Below are positions 10,234-21,541 of a stretch of 64,000 nt of DNA, in pieces. Source of the DNA: a virus. Taxonomy: Duplodnaviria; Heunggongvirae; Uroviricota; Caudoviricetes. The DNA is taken from positions 64,001 to 128,000 of the IMG/VR virus record IMGVR_UViG_3300017700_000469; one strand, given 5' to 3'. The translations under genes and the position numbers were made by a program. Under the pieces are notes generated by a model. That model did not search any database. It worked only from the letters and a program-made list of their open reading frames with translations, and had not been told where the DNA came from. Within the stretch, counting starts at the first letter, position 1. The number at the start of each line of letters is the position of its first letter.

Positions 10234-11136
10234 TCTAACTGCCGAGAATCCGCTTTCGCAAGATGAGCCGGTTGTATCCGGGCTCGCTCCGCGCGACGAT
10301 GCCGCCGGCGGTAAGCAGTTCGGCGACGTCTTCCTCGGCGAGCTTCGCTAAGATCGCATCGCAGCGCGTGAGAAGCTCGGCGGCCGTGGCCGCAGGTTGC
10401 GTGTCGGTCGGGCTCGATTCGTACAATGATTGCGTCACTTGATGAGCCCTTCCGCGCGTTGTCGTTCCATAAGTTTGGCGAGACGTTCATTCATCGCGTG
10501 GTCATCCGGTTGCAGGAGCTTCGCGGCCTTGGCTCGCTCGGCATCGCTGGCGAACTTATTGCCGTCCACTTCCCACCCGGTGCGACACGCGCGGCACACG
10601 CCTATGCTCGCATCTTGGAATAGCGGTGTGTTGCAAGCCTCGGTGACGACGTGCTCGGTGCCGTCGCTCTTCATCTCGCCCGATACCATGTTGAACGTCG
10701 CCGGCCGTAGCACGACGATTCGCAGAATCGAACAGCAACCCTTCGAGTGTTTGCGTGGTTCCATTATTCGTCTTTCGCCCCTTCGATTTCCAGCATGTCG
10801 AGAATGAGCTTATCGAGCGTGCCGCAATCCAGCCGGCCGCAGTCGCCGTTGAGCAGCACGCGCACGGCCTTGACGATGCCGACCCAGTGCTCGCCGAGAA
10901 CCCCGTCTTCACCGACGCCCATCTCGAACCGCTTGCGGTGATTGTCGGCGTACACTGCGGCGGCTTTGAGCAAGTTGACGACGCCTTCCTCGTTGGGCTG
11001 CGGCTCACGCCATGCGGCACAATGCCGAGCGCCCCAGTTGTTCTCTTGGAACTTCTTACCGGCGGTCGAGACGAGCATGTTGGCGATCAGGCTATCGTGA
11101 GTCATCGTTGTCTTTCGTAGGAGTGATCTGGCGATA

Positions 11137-11170
11137 ACTCAACTGTACATCAAAGCTGGTGAAATGCAAA
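11137..11170 (-). promoter_or_regulatory. Class 1 sigma70-type promoter
   Basis: TTTGCA-TTTCACCAGCTTTGATG-TACAGT. Confidence 0.85.
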
Positions 11171-12032
11171 CGCTATTCGTGCGATTTAATCCAGCGGTCG
11201 ATGACTTGCTGAATGCGGAACTTGATCGCCTTGGCCGGCGAGCTATCCCACTTGGCCTTAACTTCCTCGCGTGATTCGCTCGCCAAGCAGAGCTTCCGCC
11301 TGTCTTCGGAATGGAACACTCGGCTATAGCCGCCGTCCGATAAGTAGTGAAGCTCGCCGAGCGCGAACCGCTCCAAGTCGATCTGCAAGTCGGGGTTGCC
11401 TCGACCGCTTCGCGGGTCTTCTCCCGTGAGCACGGCATCGAGTAGCCATAGGTCTACGGTCAGTTGCTCTTGGTCGGTCACAGCGGCATCTCCACGCCTA
11501 GCTTGCGCAGCAACCGCGTGGCGTAGGCTGCCCGCAGTTCCGGGTCAATCACGGTGCCGGGATGGATTGCGATGCGCTTCAGGTTCGGTAGCAGTTCGCC
11601 TCGTTTCATGTACGAGCGAATCAGATTGTTCGTGTTCGACTTGGCCATGTCGGCGGAAGTCGGCCGGCCTTGGCCCGCGTGCTTGTTCACGCATTCGTGA
11701 ATAGACACCGCCGGTTGCAGACGTTGCGTGAGAGGCTTAGCCCACGCCGGCAGCGGCCGTCGCGATTGGAAGTAGTGCAGGTGGCTCGTGGTCAGAATCA
11801 TCGTCGTTGCTCGTGCTGAAGTACGTGGAACCCGACGCCAGATTTATAACCCGCAGGCGGCCAGGAAGCGAGCCTTGTCGAAGTGGTGATTCAAGTCGGC
11901 GGCGACCGCACACACGGCCTCGGCGGCTTGCTTGCGGGCATCGACGTTGCGGATAGCGGCGAAGGCGGCGGCCAAGGCGATGAAGTGTTTCTTGCTCATG
12001 GTAGTTGCTCGTGGTGATCGGTGTTGTTCGGA

Positions 12033-12068
12033 CAACTCAATACTACGTCAAAGCTGTTGAAATGCAAA
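12033..12068 (-). promoter_or_regulatory. Class 1 sigma70-type promoter
   Basis: TTTGCA-TTTCAACAGCTTTGACG-TAGTAT. Confidence 0.85.
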
Positions 12069-12131
12069 CAACAAAATGTGAGCCGAGCGACTTTCCGTAG
12101 CCGCTCGGCTCACACCCCCTTCGTGATCGGA

Positions 12132-12545
12132 CTATTCGTCGCTGCCGAGATCGTCGTCGGCGTCGCCCTCGTAATCGTCTTCGTCTTCGACGTCGCCATT
12201 CCTTGAGGCGTCGTCGGCGTGGCGGCGGCTCGTGGCACGTTCGCCGACGCGAGACTTGAGACCGAACAGCCGATCGTTGCGGTACTCTTCGCGAGCGCCG
12301 ACTTCCTTGAGCAAGTCGCGGGCGTACCGTGCATCGGTGGTGCCGATGGCTCGCATCAGCGTTTCGAGGCTGCGGAAGTGGTAGCGGTCGTCTTCGAGCA
12401 TTTCCCGGATCGTGGCCAAGTTCTCGCGGTCGCGGATCGTGGCGGCGTTTTCAAGCGGCACGGTGATCGGAGCAAGCAAGGCGGGTCCGGCAGGGGCCGC
12501 ACCGAAGACGAGCGAAAGAGCGTTGCGGAGCAGTCGGCGAATCAT
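12132..12545 (-). CDS. Hypothetical protein with acidic tail, paralog of 1474-1758
   Basis: Starts MIRRLLRN directly after a class 1 promoter; shared motif blocks with 1474-1758. Confidence 0.75.
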   Translation of the reverse strand: MIRRLLRNALSLVFGAAPAGPALLAPITVPLENAATIRDRENLATIREMLEDDRYHFRSLETLMRAIGTTDARYARDLLKEVGAREEYRNDRLFGLKSRVGERATSRRHADDASRNGDVEDEDDYEGDADDDLGSDE

Positions 12546-12581
12546 GGTGTTTCTCTCAGAGCGAAGGGTGGGTGTTTCGGA

Positions 12582-12617
12582 CAACTCAATACTACGTCGA
12601 AGCTGGCGAAATGCAAA
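12582..12617 (-). promoter_or_regulatory. Class 1 sigma70-type promoter
   Basis: TTTGCA-TTTCGCCAGCTTCGACG-TAGTAT. Confidence 0.85.
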
Positions 12618-12912
12618 TTAGTTTCGGGAATACTTCGAGAGCCAATACGCTTGGAACTCGTTGTCGTTCATGCCGCGCGTCCATTCCGGCCGTTGCCAGT
12701 CGCCGGTCGTGATCCACTTATCAACGGTTTGCGTTACCGTTTGATCGGCACCGATCGGAACCGTGCGGCAGTCTTTCACATCGGCGTCGATCAGTCGGTA
12801 GCCGCCGTTCAGCGTGAAGCCTCGGAGCGTGGCCTTGTGGACGACGATGACGTAGGGCTTGACGATCTCAGCGGTGGTAGGCATGGCTTACTCGCGGTTG
12901 CAGTTGCTTGGA

Positions 12913-12948
12913 CAACTCAATACTACGTCAAAGCTGGTGAAATGCAAA
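12913..12948 (-). promoter_or_regulatory. Class 1 sigma70-type promoter
   Basis: TTTGCA-TTTCACCAGCTTTGACG-TAGTAT. Confidence 0.85.
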
Positions 12949-13710
12949 CGGCAAATAAGAGATTAGTTGCGGCCGTCCAGGTAGTCATCGAGCGTACCCG
13001 GCGGAATCGACATCGCGAGCTTGCGATCGGCGGCGAGAATCGGCTTGACGGTTTGCTCGAAGAAAATCTTGGCACCCTTCCAGGCCGCGCCGCCCTTCGT
13101 GCGGTGGTAGAGGCCGGCCATGCGCATCTTGACGAACAGAGTCGGGTGGTTCAGGAAGAACTCTTCGGCCATCTCGACACCGCCGAGGCGGGTCACGAGG
13201 CAGGCGCGGAACTTATCGGCGTAGGTCATCGTCATCGGCTTAGAGTCCTTTAGATCGGCAGTCTTCACGCATGGCACGTTGTTGCGCTGCGTTGACCGGC
13301 GGGGCGTTGAATGATTGAACGGCATGGATAACGGCTTGGATCGTACCGAGCGCCAAGCCCAGGTAGATCGCGGCTTGCACTCCCATTATTCGTCTACCTC
13401 GCCGCTGTCGTCGAAGGGAACCCAGACGGTTGCATCTCGCAACGTCCGGCCGGACATATCCGGCGCGGCCGGCAGAAGGTAGGTGATCGGGAGCTTGCCC
13501 TTGACGTTCGTGCCCGACACGGAGTAGGCACCGCCGTTGAGGGTCGATGACTTGATCTTGATGCGGCGGATCGTCCGCTCGCCGCTGCCGTCGTACACAC
13601 TGACGTCGATGATCTTGCCCGGCTTCAGGAACTCCCCGTTACGGGCGAACTCTTTGACGTCTGCGGTGAAGTTGCTCATGGTGGTCTCGTCGTGTGCGTT
13701 GTTGTCTCTA

Positions 13711-13746
13711 CAACTCAATAGTACATCAAAGCTGGTGAAATGCAAA
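13711..13746 (-). promoter_or_regulatory. Class 1 sigma70-type promoter
   Basis: TTTGCA-TTTCACCAGCTTTGATG-TACTAT. Confidence 0.85.
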
Positions 13747-14460
13747 TCATCTCGCCGAGAAAATCTTCTCGATGGCGTCGATCTCTTTCGCTCGGGCTTC
13801 CGGCAAGCCGGTCTGCGCGATGATGTCGTGAACCGATTGGCACTCCAAGACGTCGTGCAGCGCGTCGGTAAGATGGCGGACCATAAAGGCCAAGTCGTAC
13901 ACGAGGCGGTGCGGCTTATCGAGCCATTCGGCCGCGAGCGGTCCCGTGTTCGACGGGGCGTTGCGGTAGTCTTCAGTGTTCACGTTCATCTCGCGAAGTC
14001 GGTCTAGGTCAATCATGGTGTTACTCTTTCAGGTAGACGTTAGCGCCGATCATGTCGTTGATCTTCGAGTCGCCGAACATTTTGGCGAGAGTGAGCTTCA
14101 GCTTGCCGTTGCGGCCGATCGTGCCATAGCACAGATTGCCGTTGAACCATTTCCGCACGTCGTTCCGCAACGTGACCCAGAGCTTCGTGCCCATCATCTC
14201 TTGTTTCTCGATGACGGTTGCATCGCCGAACAGTTCCACGAGCTTCGCGAGCCGCCGAGCTTGTGTCGTGCTCGGCTTGTCGCTAGGCTTCGCGATCCGG
14301 CGAGGCATCTCGCACCCACAGTTGCGGCATTCCCATTGCGGCTTGCCGTCGATGTCGGTCGTGCGATCGCAGATCGCCCCGCCGTCCGGGCAGCAACGTG
14401 TGCATTTTCGGATGGCGTACTTGGTTGGCATCGCGGGCTCGCTAGGTGAGATGTCTCAGA

Positions 14461-14495
14461 CACTCAATCCTATATCAAAGCTGCTGTAATGCAAA
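14461..14495 (-). promoter_or_regulatory. Class 1 sigma70-type promoter
   Basis: TTTGCA-TTACAGCAGCTTTGATA-TAGGAT. Confidence 0.85.
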
Positions 14496-14748
14496 CGGAT
14501 TCGACATGCTTACGGTGACGACACGTATGCCGAATATGTCGATGATTCTGAATAATCTCGACATGACGGAGACGGCGATCGCAGCGGTCGTGGCGATCAA
14601 GCCGGTAGAAGTGGTCATCGGGGTTATGCCGACGCCGGGCCAGAGGCCGATTTAGGTAACAAGGGCGGAAGCCGGTATAAAACCGGGTCGCAGGATTCCA
14701 GGCCCAGGCCGGCGGGCAACTGTGGGCCACCCGCCGGACGCCCGACGC

Positions 14749-15237
14749 TTAGGCCGTGGCTCGACGTGACGCCAGGGTGTGATCGAACGGCACGAGCTTC
14801 TCAGGGCTCTCGAAGATGTTGCCGACCACGGTCTGCTTGTTGACACCTTCCAGGTTCAACGTGCCCCAGCCGCCGCCACCGATGTACCGACCTTCGCGGA
14901 TGAAGGCGGCGTAGTCCGGGAACCATTTGACCACCGACGTCGCCCCGCCCTCGCCGATGTCGTCTTGGACGATGTCGCCCTCGAACACGGGCGTACCCGT
15001 CTTGTCCTTGGCACCGGTGTTGCGGCGACGCTTGACGAGGGCCTTCTGGAACTCTTCACGAGCCCATTGCTGAATGATGCCGTCGTCCAGTTCGCCGCCG
15101 TTGCCACGGAGAGTGAAGCGGGCCTCTTGGCCGCCTGCGGTCTTGACCTGCAAGTTGAAGACGGTGCCTACGCGAACCAGTTCGATGCCGACCTGCACGC
15201 TGAGGATCGCTACGTTGTCGGTCTTGATGGTGGCCAT
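14749..15237 (-). CDS. YopX-family phage protein
   Basis: C-terminal TGAKDKTGTPVFEGDIV ... VVGNIFESPEKL, typical of YopX. Confidence 0.75.
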   Translation of the reverse strand: MATIKTDNVAILSVQVGIELVRVGTVFNLQVKTAGGQEARFTLRGNGGELDDGIIQQWAREEFQKALVKRRRNTGAKDKTGTPVFEGDIVQDDIGEGGATSVVKWFPDYAAFIREGRYIGGGGWGTLNLEGVNKQTVVGNIFESPEKLVPFDHTLASRRATA

Positions 15238-15365
15238 ACTGTTTTCTACTCTTGGAGTGTTACCACGGTGGCGGCCGGAACACGTCGATTGTTAGGTCGC
15301 CGCAAGTCCGGCCGCCGCCAGTGTTCGGAAATGTTGTAAGCGCCTAAGCGCGTCGGGTGGGCACC

Positions 15366-18300
15366 CTAGTTGTGGGCGGTCGGCTCGACGATGACGTCGG
15401 GCACCGGCTCGGGCCGGATCGAGTCTTCACCGTCGATCAGGTGTTCGTTGTTACGAGCCCAGTCGTGCTGAGCTTCGGTCGCGTGGCGATACGGGTAGAG
15501 CGTGGCGTACTGGCCGGGCACCTTCATCCAGCCCGAGCGCTCCAGCGCGTTGGTGCTTTGCTTCAGGACCAACTCGGCGTAGGAGTCGTGCTCCATGTAG
15601 CGGCAGCCGTGGAACTTTCCTTCCGGCGAGAGCCAGCCGGACTTCGACTCGGGCCGGACGTAGCCGGTCTTCGTGTAGTCCAGGTCGCGGAAGTCGTCGG
15701 CCTCGATCGATTCGATGACCTTGGTCGATCGCGACTTATCGCAGCGTCCGCCGGCGATGTTGCGGTAGAACTTCCCGCAGTCTTCCCACCAGTAGGGTTC
15801 GTCGGTACGGCCGCCGATGAGGATCAGATCAAACTTAGGCATCGTGGGTCTCTTAGAAGTTAGGGTCCAAGCGCTCGACATCGGGGTGCCGATCGGCATC
15901 GGCCATGTATCGACCATAGGCACGGGCCAGTGCGATCTCCGTCCCCGTCATGGACGACGCAGCGGCGCTGAGACGTCGATGCTCGCGACGCATCTTGGCG
16001 AGCATTTGGAGTAGGAAGAATTGATCGACGATCGCCTTGATCGTCTCACGCACCTTGTCGGTGGCGTGAAGCATGACGTAGCAGTGCATCGGACGGACGC
16101 CTTCGCGGAACCCGATTTCCAGGTGCCTCGGGTCGGGATCGTCACGCAGGGATTCGAGAAGCTGATCCAGTTTCTCGCACCGAGACTCGCCGTCCGGGAG
16201 GAAGACGATCTGCACCCAACGTGTGCCGAGGGGCGCATAGTCGAGAAGCTGTTCGATCGCGTGGCCTTGGCGGTTGCCGTCGTAGAAGAATCGGATCGTG
16301 CGTTCGCTCATAGAACCTTCCCGCACGAGCAGACCGTGCGCTTCCAGTTGTCTTCGGTGAGTTTGGTGATGAGGCCGCAATCGCATCGCTTACCGCAGGC
16401 CATCGGACAGTTCGGCAGCAGCTTGTCGGTGCTCGGGAGGACGCCGACCTTCCCACAGCGGACGCAGGCGACGATGCCCTGAAGGTCATCGCTGAGCACG
16501 ACGAAGTTCTCGCGGTGGCCTTGACCGCACGTCGAGCAGAAGGCTTCGTTGGTGAGCGTCTCTTCGAGGTTCATGTGAAATCGTGCGGCCACGACTGCCC
16601 CACCCGGAAGCCGACGACGTTGCCCACGCCGATCTGCGAGGATGTGCATTGGTGCGTCAGTTGACGGAGCGCGAGCCGCGAGCCTACGGATGTGTACTCG
16701 GAGTGATGGTGATCGTCCGGTTGGGACCGCACAGCGTGCTCGAACCGCACGCCGCAATGCGAGCAGCGGTAGACGAAGAACTCTTCGCGAATAGTCGAGG
16801 GCGTCGTCAGCCATTTCCAGATTCGTTTGAGCATGGTTATCGGCCGAGTCGCGAGTCATAAGAGAACGTCTTGGTCTTGGAACACCGCAGGCAGGTGCGG
16901 TCGCATTCCTTCGGCGGACCGAGGAATAGGAACATGAAGAACAGCGGCGTGAGCATGGCCGCACCGCTGTCCATCTTCTGGTCGCGGATGTTGGTCTGGC
17001 GGCCCCATAGGTGGAAGCCGAAGAAGCAACGGATCATTTGTAAATCTCGGTGAGAGCTTCGATCAGGATTTGCCGGCCTTCGTCATTCAGCGGCACCAGC
17101 CGCAGGCCGTTGGCGATCTTGTGGACTTCGTCCTTGATCTCTTGCAGCGCCTTCTCAGCGCGTTTGTTCTCGGCGTCGTCGGCATGTGCGATCACGACAT
17201 CGGCCGGCGTCATCGGCTTCGAGATCAAACCACCGGTGACATGGTCGTAGACCTTCGCCAGATTGGTGAGCACGAAGCTCAGGTCGGTAAGGTCGCCACA
17301 CCAAAGGCAGTGCGGCTCGTCATTCTCGTGGACCTTCCCGACGCAGTTGATCGGGTGCGAGCACGTCGGCTTCTCACCGGAGAAGACCTTACCGGTGGCC
17401 ACGTCGAGCAGGGCTCGAAGCTGGTCGTGCGTGTCGATCTCCAAGTCGTCGGCCGAGACGAGAATTTGGCCACCACGACTGGCGACCGTGAACGGCGTCT
17501 GGTCGTAGCCAAGCGCGGCGACGGCCTCGTCGAACGTCACCCTCGGTCGTAGCGTCTTCAGGTACTCGGCCGTGGTGAGGTAGTTGCCGGCGCGGTACTC
17601 GGCCATCGCCTCGGCGGCGAGCTTCGGATCGAACGCGGGCTCCGAGGCGGCGATGTGTCGCTTCAGGAACCGACATGGCTCGGTGTTGCCCGGCCGACCG
17701 CAGTAGTCGCAGACGTGCGAGGCGTGAGCCTCGGCGCGGCGACGAAGCTCGGCTTCCAGGTGCTCGATGCTGATTTCGTCCAGGTGGGCACTCATGGTTC
17801 AACCTTCGATAACGGCGTTGATCGGTTGGCCCGGCGGCCGAGGGATGCTGAATGGTTTGAGGACGGCGTCCATCGCCAAATGAAGCTGAGCCTCGACGTC
17901 CATCGCTTGTGCGTCGGTGAGTCGGCACAGGTCGCTCATGTGGATGTTGACTTCAACCTTGCCGTGGTAGGTCGAGACGTTGATCGAGTACAGCGGGGAA
18001 TGCAGCGGACCATCGCGATGAATCAGCACTATGAGATTTTCACTCCGACGTATCTGGCGAGTCGTTGACGTGACTCTTGGAACTCGCGACGCAGGCGGTG
18101 GAACTCAGGGTCATCGACCGTCTGGAACGACGAGTAGGTGCCTAGCATCGCGGGGTCGAAGCGGTATTGATCGATGACGTGCTGCACGTAGTACCGCTCA
18201 TCGCCGGCAGGCATCGTCGGTTCGGGATCAGGCATACGTGTTCCCTTCCGGCCGGTTGAAGTGGATGATGCACTCGTAGCTCCACAGTTGCATGTAGAGG

Positions 18301-19551
18301 CGAGCCGCCTCGCGGCGTCCCCACTCTTCGAGATAGAACTTCGTTAGGTCTCGCCACGACTGAGCGATGTCTGGATCAGGCATTGAGGAAGTCGCTTTCC
18401 GAGTATCGAGGCGGCTCGCCCATGATCTCGCACTCGCGGTTGGCAACCTGCATCCCGGCGATGCTGCATTGCTTGTTGACCGCTCGTGTGAACTCCCGCA
18501 CGGCTTCCTCGAAGTTGCCGGTGCCGAAGTTGTCGAGTGAACGCTTCAGCGCGTAGGCGGCGTTCTCGAAACTATCGGATTGAAGGACGGGGTTGCTCAT
18601 GGCTTGCTCTGTTGCTGGTAAGTACCCTCACCGATCTCACAGGTGATCGTGGTTACACCTTTGATCGTGTCGGCTTGGATGTTGAAGTACGTCGGGCCGT
18701 TCATGTTGACTTCGGCCGGTCGGTTCTTCGCGACCCATTGGGCGCACGCTTCACCGATCTGCTGTGCGTTGAGAACTGTAGCGGCCATGTCGTGTCTTTC
18801 TAAATGCGATGTGGGTGGAATCGAGCCACCCCGTTCCAGACCGAGTCGAACGGTCGCCGGTATCCCGGACGGCACCACTGCTCCATCGATAATTCGTTAC
18901 CAGTCGAGACCCTGTTGGCGAATCTCTTCCAGCGTCTCTTCCATTGACTTGGCACGGGCCAAGAGGCGCTTCCAGTTCTCGTGGTAGAAGTCGAACAGGT
19001 CCGCCTTGTCCCGGCTCACGGCCTCGCGTTGCTCTTCGAGCAACTCCAAGTCCAGGTCTTCGTCGCCGGCCATTACTCCACCTGCTTGTAGATGCGAGGA
19101 CACTTCGACTCAGAGACCATCTTCCGAGCTTCCAGCAGATCACGCTCATCGCAGTCAGCGTCGAGCAGGACGAAGTCGGCAAGGTTCAGCCGAGCAACCA
19201 CGAACCGGCTCGGCGTTGTCGTCGAGCCGCACTCATGGAACACACGAGCGCCTGCGGTATCGACGTCGCGGCCCTTGACCGCGATCCCGATGACGTCTTT
19301 TCTGCAATGTTTACAGGCCATGTCTAACCCTTCTCTGCGATCGCTTGGGACCAGGAAAGTGTGTCTAGCTCACCGACGCAGGGATCGACGTCACCGTTCG
19401 GATCGGTGTGCTTGCCTTGCTTGTCGAAGGCCATCGCCTTACGGATGGCGTCAGCCATCGACGTGGCGTTATCGACTTGGTACGTCTGGTGGCCGCGAGC
19501 GGGCACGGTGACGATGTAGCTGTCGCCGGCCATCAGCCACCGCCCGGACAC
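15366..19551 (-). other. Block of small hypothetical genes, several with Zn-ribbon Cys motifs
   Basis: ORFs 15366-15842, 15853-16311, 16308-16574, 16571-16834, 16837-17037, 17034-17795, 17799-18029, 18029-18235, 18376-18600, 18897-19103, 19073-19321, 19324-19551, head-to-tail. Confidence 0.7.
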
Positions 19552-19680
19552 CGCCGTGCGGTCCAGTCGTGAGCACGCTGCAACCAGCGAGGCTCATACG
19601 GGAAGCCGAGGAACGGATGGATGAGCGTGTTATGAACGAACTTCCAGAAGTACCAACTCATAAGAACCTCGTAAGGAAAC

Positions 19681-19784
19681 CCCAGACCGGCGGCCAGCGG
19701 GATCGCAATTGAACGCGAGCGACTCCGACCCTATTTCATGCCGGGGCATCACGTATGCGGATGTCATGCAACCGCCGGTCTGGG
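19681..19784 (-). ncRNA. Candidate structured RNA immediately 3' of rtcB
   Basis: Perfect 13-bp closing stem CCCAGACCGGCGG/CCGCCGGTCTGGG enclosing 78 nt with internal hairpins, one with a TTCAATT loop. Confidence 0.4.
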
Positions 19785-19785
19785 C

Positions 19786-20958
19786 TTAGTCTTCGGCCCG
19801 ATCGTTCGAGCCACACATCTTCACGATGAGTGGCTCGAACTTCGCCACGACCTCGACCAGATCGCTCTGTGCGGCCATGACTTGTTCGATGTCCTTGTAG
19901 ACGCCGACGACTTCGTCAGCGCCGGCGGACAGCACCGTGATGTTGCGAGCCGAGAGCTTCGCGATCTCGTCCCGGTAGTTGAAGACCTTCTTAGCGGCGG
20001 TCCGCGACATGCAGCGCCCGGCACCGTGCGACGCCGAGTTGAGGGACTCAGCGTTGCCCTTGCCGCGAACGATGTACGCCGGCGTCCCCATCGAGCCGGG
20101 GATGACGCCGAGCACACCGGCACCGGCGGGCGTCGCACCCTTACGGTGGACGATCACTTCCTTACCGCCGTGCGTTTCCTTCCACGCGAAGTTGTGGTGG
20201 TTCTGTACGGTGAAGATCGGTTGCAGATCGGCGGCCTTAGCGATCTCGCGATGGATGACGTCGTGGTTCGCGGCCGAGTATTCACCCATGAGGTTCATGG
20301 CGGCGAAATACTCGTCGCCTTCCGGCGTACCGAGATCGAGCCACGCAAGGTCGCCGTATTCCGGCCGCTTGGCCTTGGCGATCTTCGAGTAGTGGTTGCA
20401 GACCGCAGCGCCAGTCCCACGCGAGCCACTGTGCGACATCAGCGCGATCAGCGGGCCGGCGAGCGACAGCGATTGGTTGTTCTTGTCGAGCGTCTTTTCG
20501 TCGAAGGTGACGACGCCCCATTCGACGAAGTGGTTGCCGGACCCGCTCGTACCGAGTTGACGGCGAGCCTTGGCTTGGTTCTCTAACGTCACCGGCGACA
20601 CGCCCCAGTCGCGGGTCAGCACTTCGTGGCCGTTGTTGCCACGGTGCTCGACGCCGACGCCAAAGTAGGTGTTCCGTTCCAGCAGATCGCAGTAGCGTGC
20701 CCGGTAGCTGTCCAACTCAAAGGGACGGCCGCCGAAGACGGTGAGCTTCATCCGGCAGGCGATGTCCACGCCGACCGCATACGGGCAGACGGCGTTGTCG
20801 AGGGCGAGCACGCCGCCGATCGGCAGGCCGTAGCCTTGGTGAGCGTCAGCCATGAGAGCGCCGCCGACCGCGACCGGAAGACGACAGGCGGCTTCCATCT
20901 GCGTGATTGCGCCTTGCTCGATGCCTTCAGCGCCCCAGGTGCGATACGGAGTGGTCAT
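19786..20958 (-). CDS. rtcB: RtcB RNA 3'-phosphate/5'-OH ligase
   Basis: ADAHQGYGLPIGGV, AVGVDIACRM, LGTSGSGNHFVE, MSHSGSRG, HHNFAW, HRKGATPA, IPGSMG, SASHGAGR, KDIEQVM. Confidence 0.97.
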   Translation of the reverse strand: MTTPYRTWGAEGIEQGAITQMEAACRLPVAVGGALMADAHQGYGLPIGGVLALDNAVCPYAVGVDIACRMKLTVFGGRPFELDSYRARYCDLLERNTYFGVGVEHRGNNGHEVLTRDWGVSPVTLENQAKARRQLGTSGSGNHFVEWGVVTFDEKTLDKNNQSLSLAGPLIALMSHSGSRGTGAAVCNHYSKIAKAKRPEYGDLAWLDLGTPEGDEYFAAMNLMGEYSAANHDVIHREIAKAADLQPIFTVQNHHNFAWKETHGGKEVIVHRKGATPAGAGVLGVIPGSMGTPAYIVRGKGNAESLNSASHGAGRCMSRTAAKKVFNYRDEIAKLSARNITVLSAGADEVVGVYKDIEQVMAAQSDLVEVVAKFEPLIVKMCGSNDRAED

Positions 20959-21097
20959 TTGAACTGCCCGAGAACGATGATGAGAACGACGAGGATGACG
21001 AAGAGAACGGCCGCCTTGATCGGGTCGACCTTCTCATAGGCGAACCCGCACATCGGACAGTGCGGGTCCATTCGGTAGACTTTGCAGACGGGGCAGA

Positions 21098-21541
21098 TCA
21101 TGCGATGCGGACCTGCGGCCAAGTGATCTTGATCGTGACAAACTCGCGAGGCGTCCACTGACGACCGGTCTCGTAGCCACCCTCGTCGCGGAAGACGTGG
21201 TCGTAACCGGCGTCCTCGATCTCCAATGAGTAGATGTACTCGGCGTCGTGAGGCAGCCGACGAATGGCAGCCTCGGCGAGCATCATGTTCTCAGGGCTCC
21301 ACCCGCGACCGCGAGTCTCTTCGATGCGGACGTAGCAGAAGTTGGCGAGCCCGTATTCCAGCGTGCGGCGGACGTCTCCCTCGGCCTGGGCGACCAGCTT
21401 GACGATTTTTGCTTCCCAGGCGGCGGCATCTTCGGCCGCCTTCTTAGTGGCGGCTGCGGCGGCCTCTTCAGCCTCTCGCTGTTGCTTAGCGGCGAAGGCG
21501 GTGGCGGCTGCGGTACGTTCGGCGATGGTGGGCAGTGTCAT
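21098..21541 (-). CDS. Hypothetical protein
   Basis: Ala-rich coiled N-terminus; head-to-tail with neighbours. Confidence 0.65.
   Translation of the reverse strand: MTLPTIAERTAAATAFAAKQQREAEEAAAAATKKAAEDAAAWEAKIVKLVAQAEGDVRRTLEYGLANFCYVRIEETRGRGWSPENMMLAEAAIRRLPHDAEYIYSLEIEDAGYDHVFRDEGGYETGRQWTPREFVTIKITWPQVRIA

Larger units (their letters stand above)
7439..14431 (-). other. Block of about 18 small hypothetical (early / host-takeover-like) genes
   Basis: Head-to-tail ORFs 7439-7864, 7837-8220, 8393-8770, 8837-9370, 9367-9597, 9594-9833, 9830-10168, 10235-10438, 10435-10764, 10764-11105, 11173-11481, 11478-11801, 11844-11999, 12132-12545, 12618-12884, 12963-13325, 13386-13679, 13747-14016, 14021-14431; overlapping stop/start junctions; punctuated by class 1 promoters. 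Confidence 0.8.
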
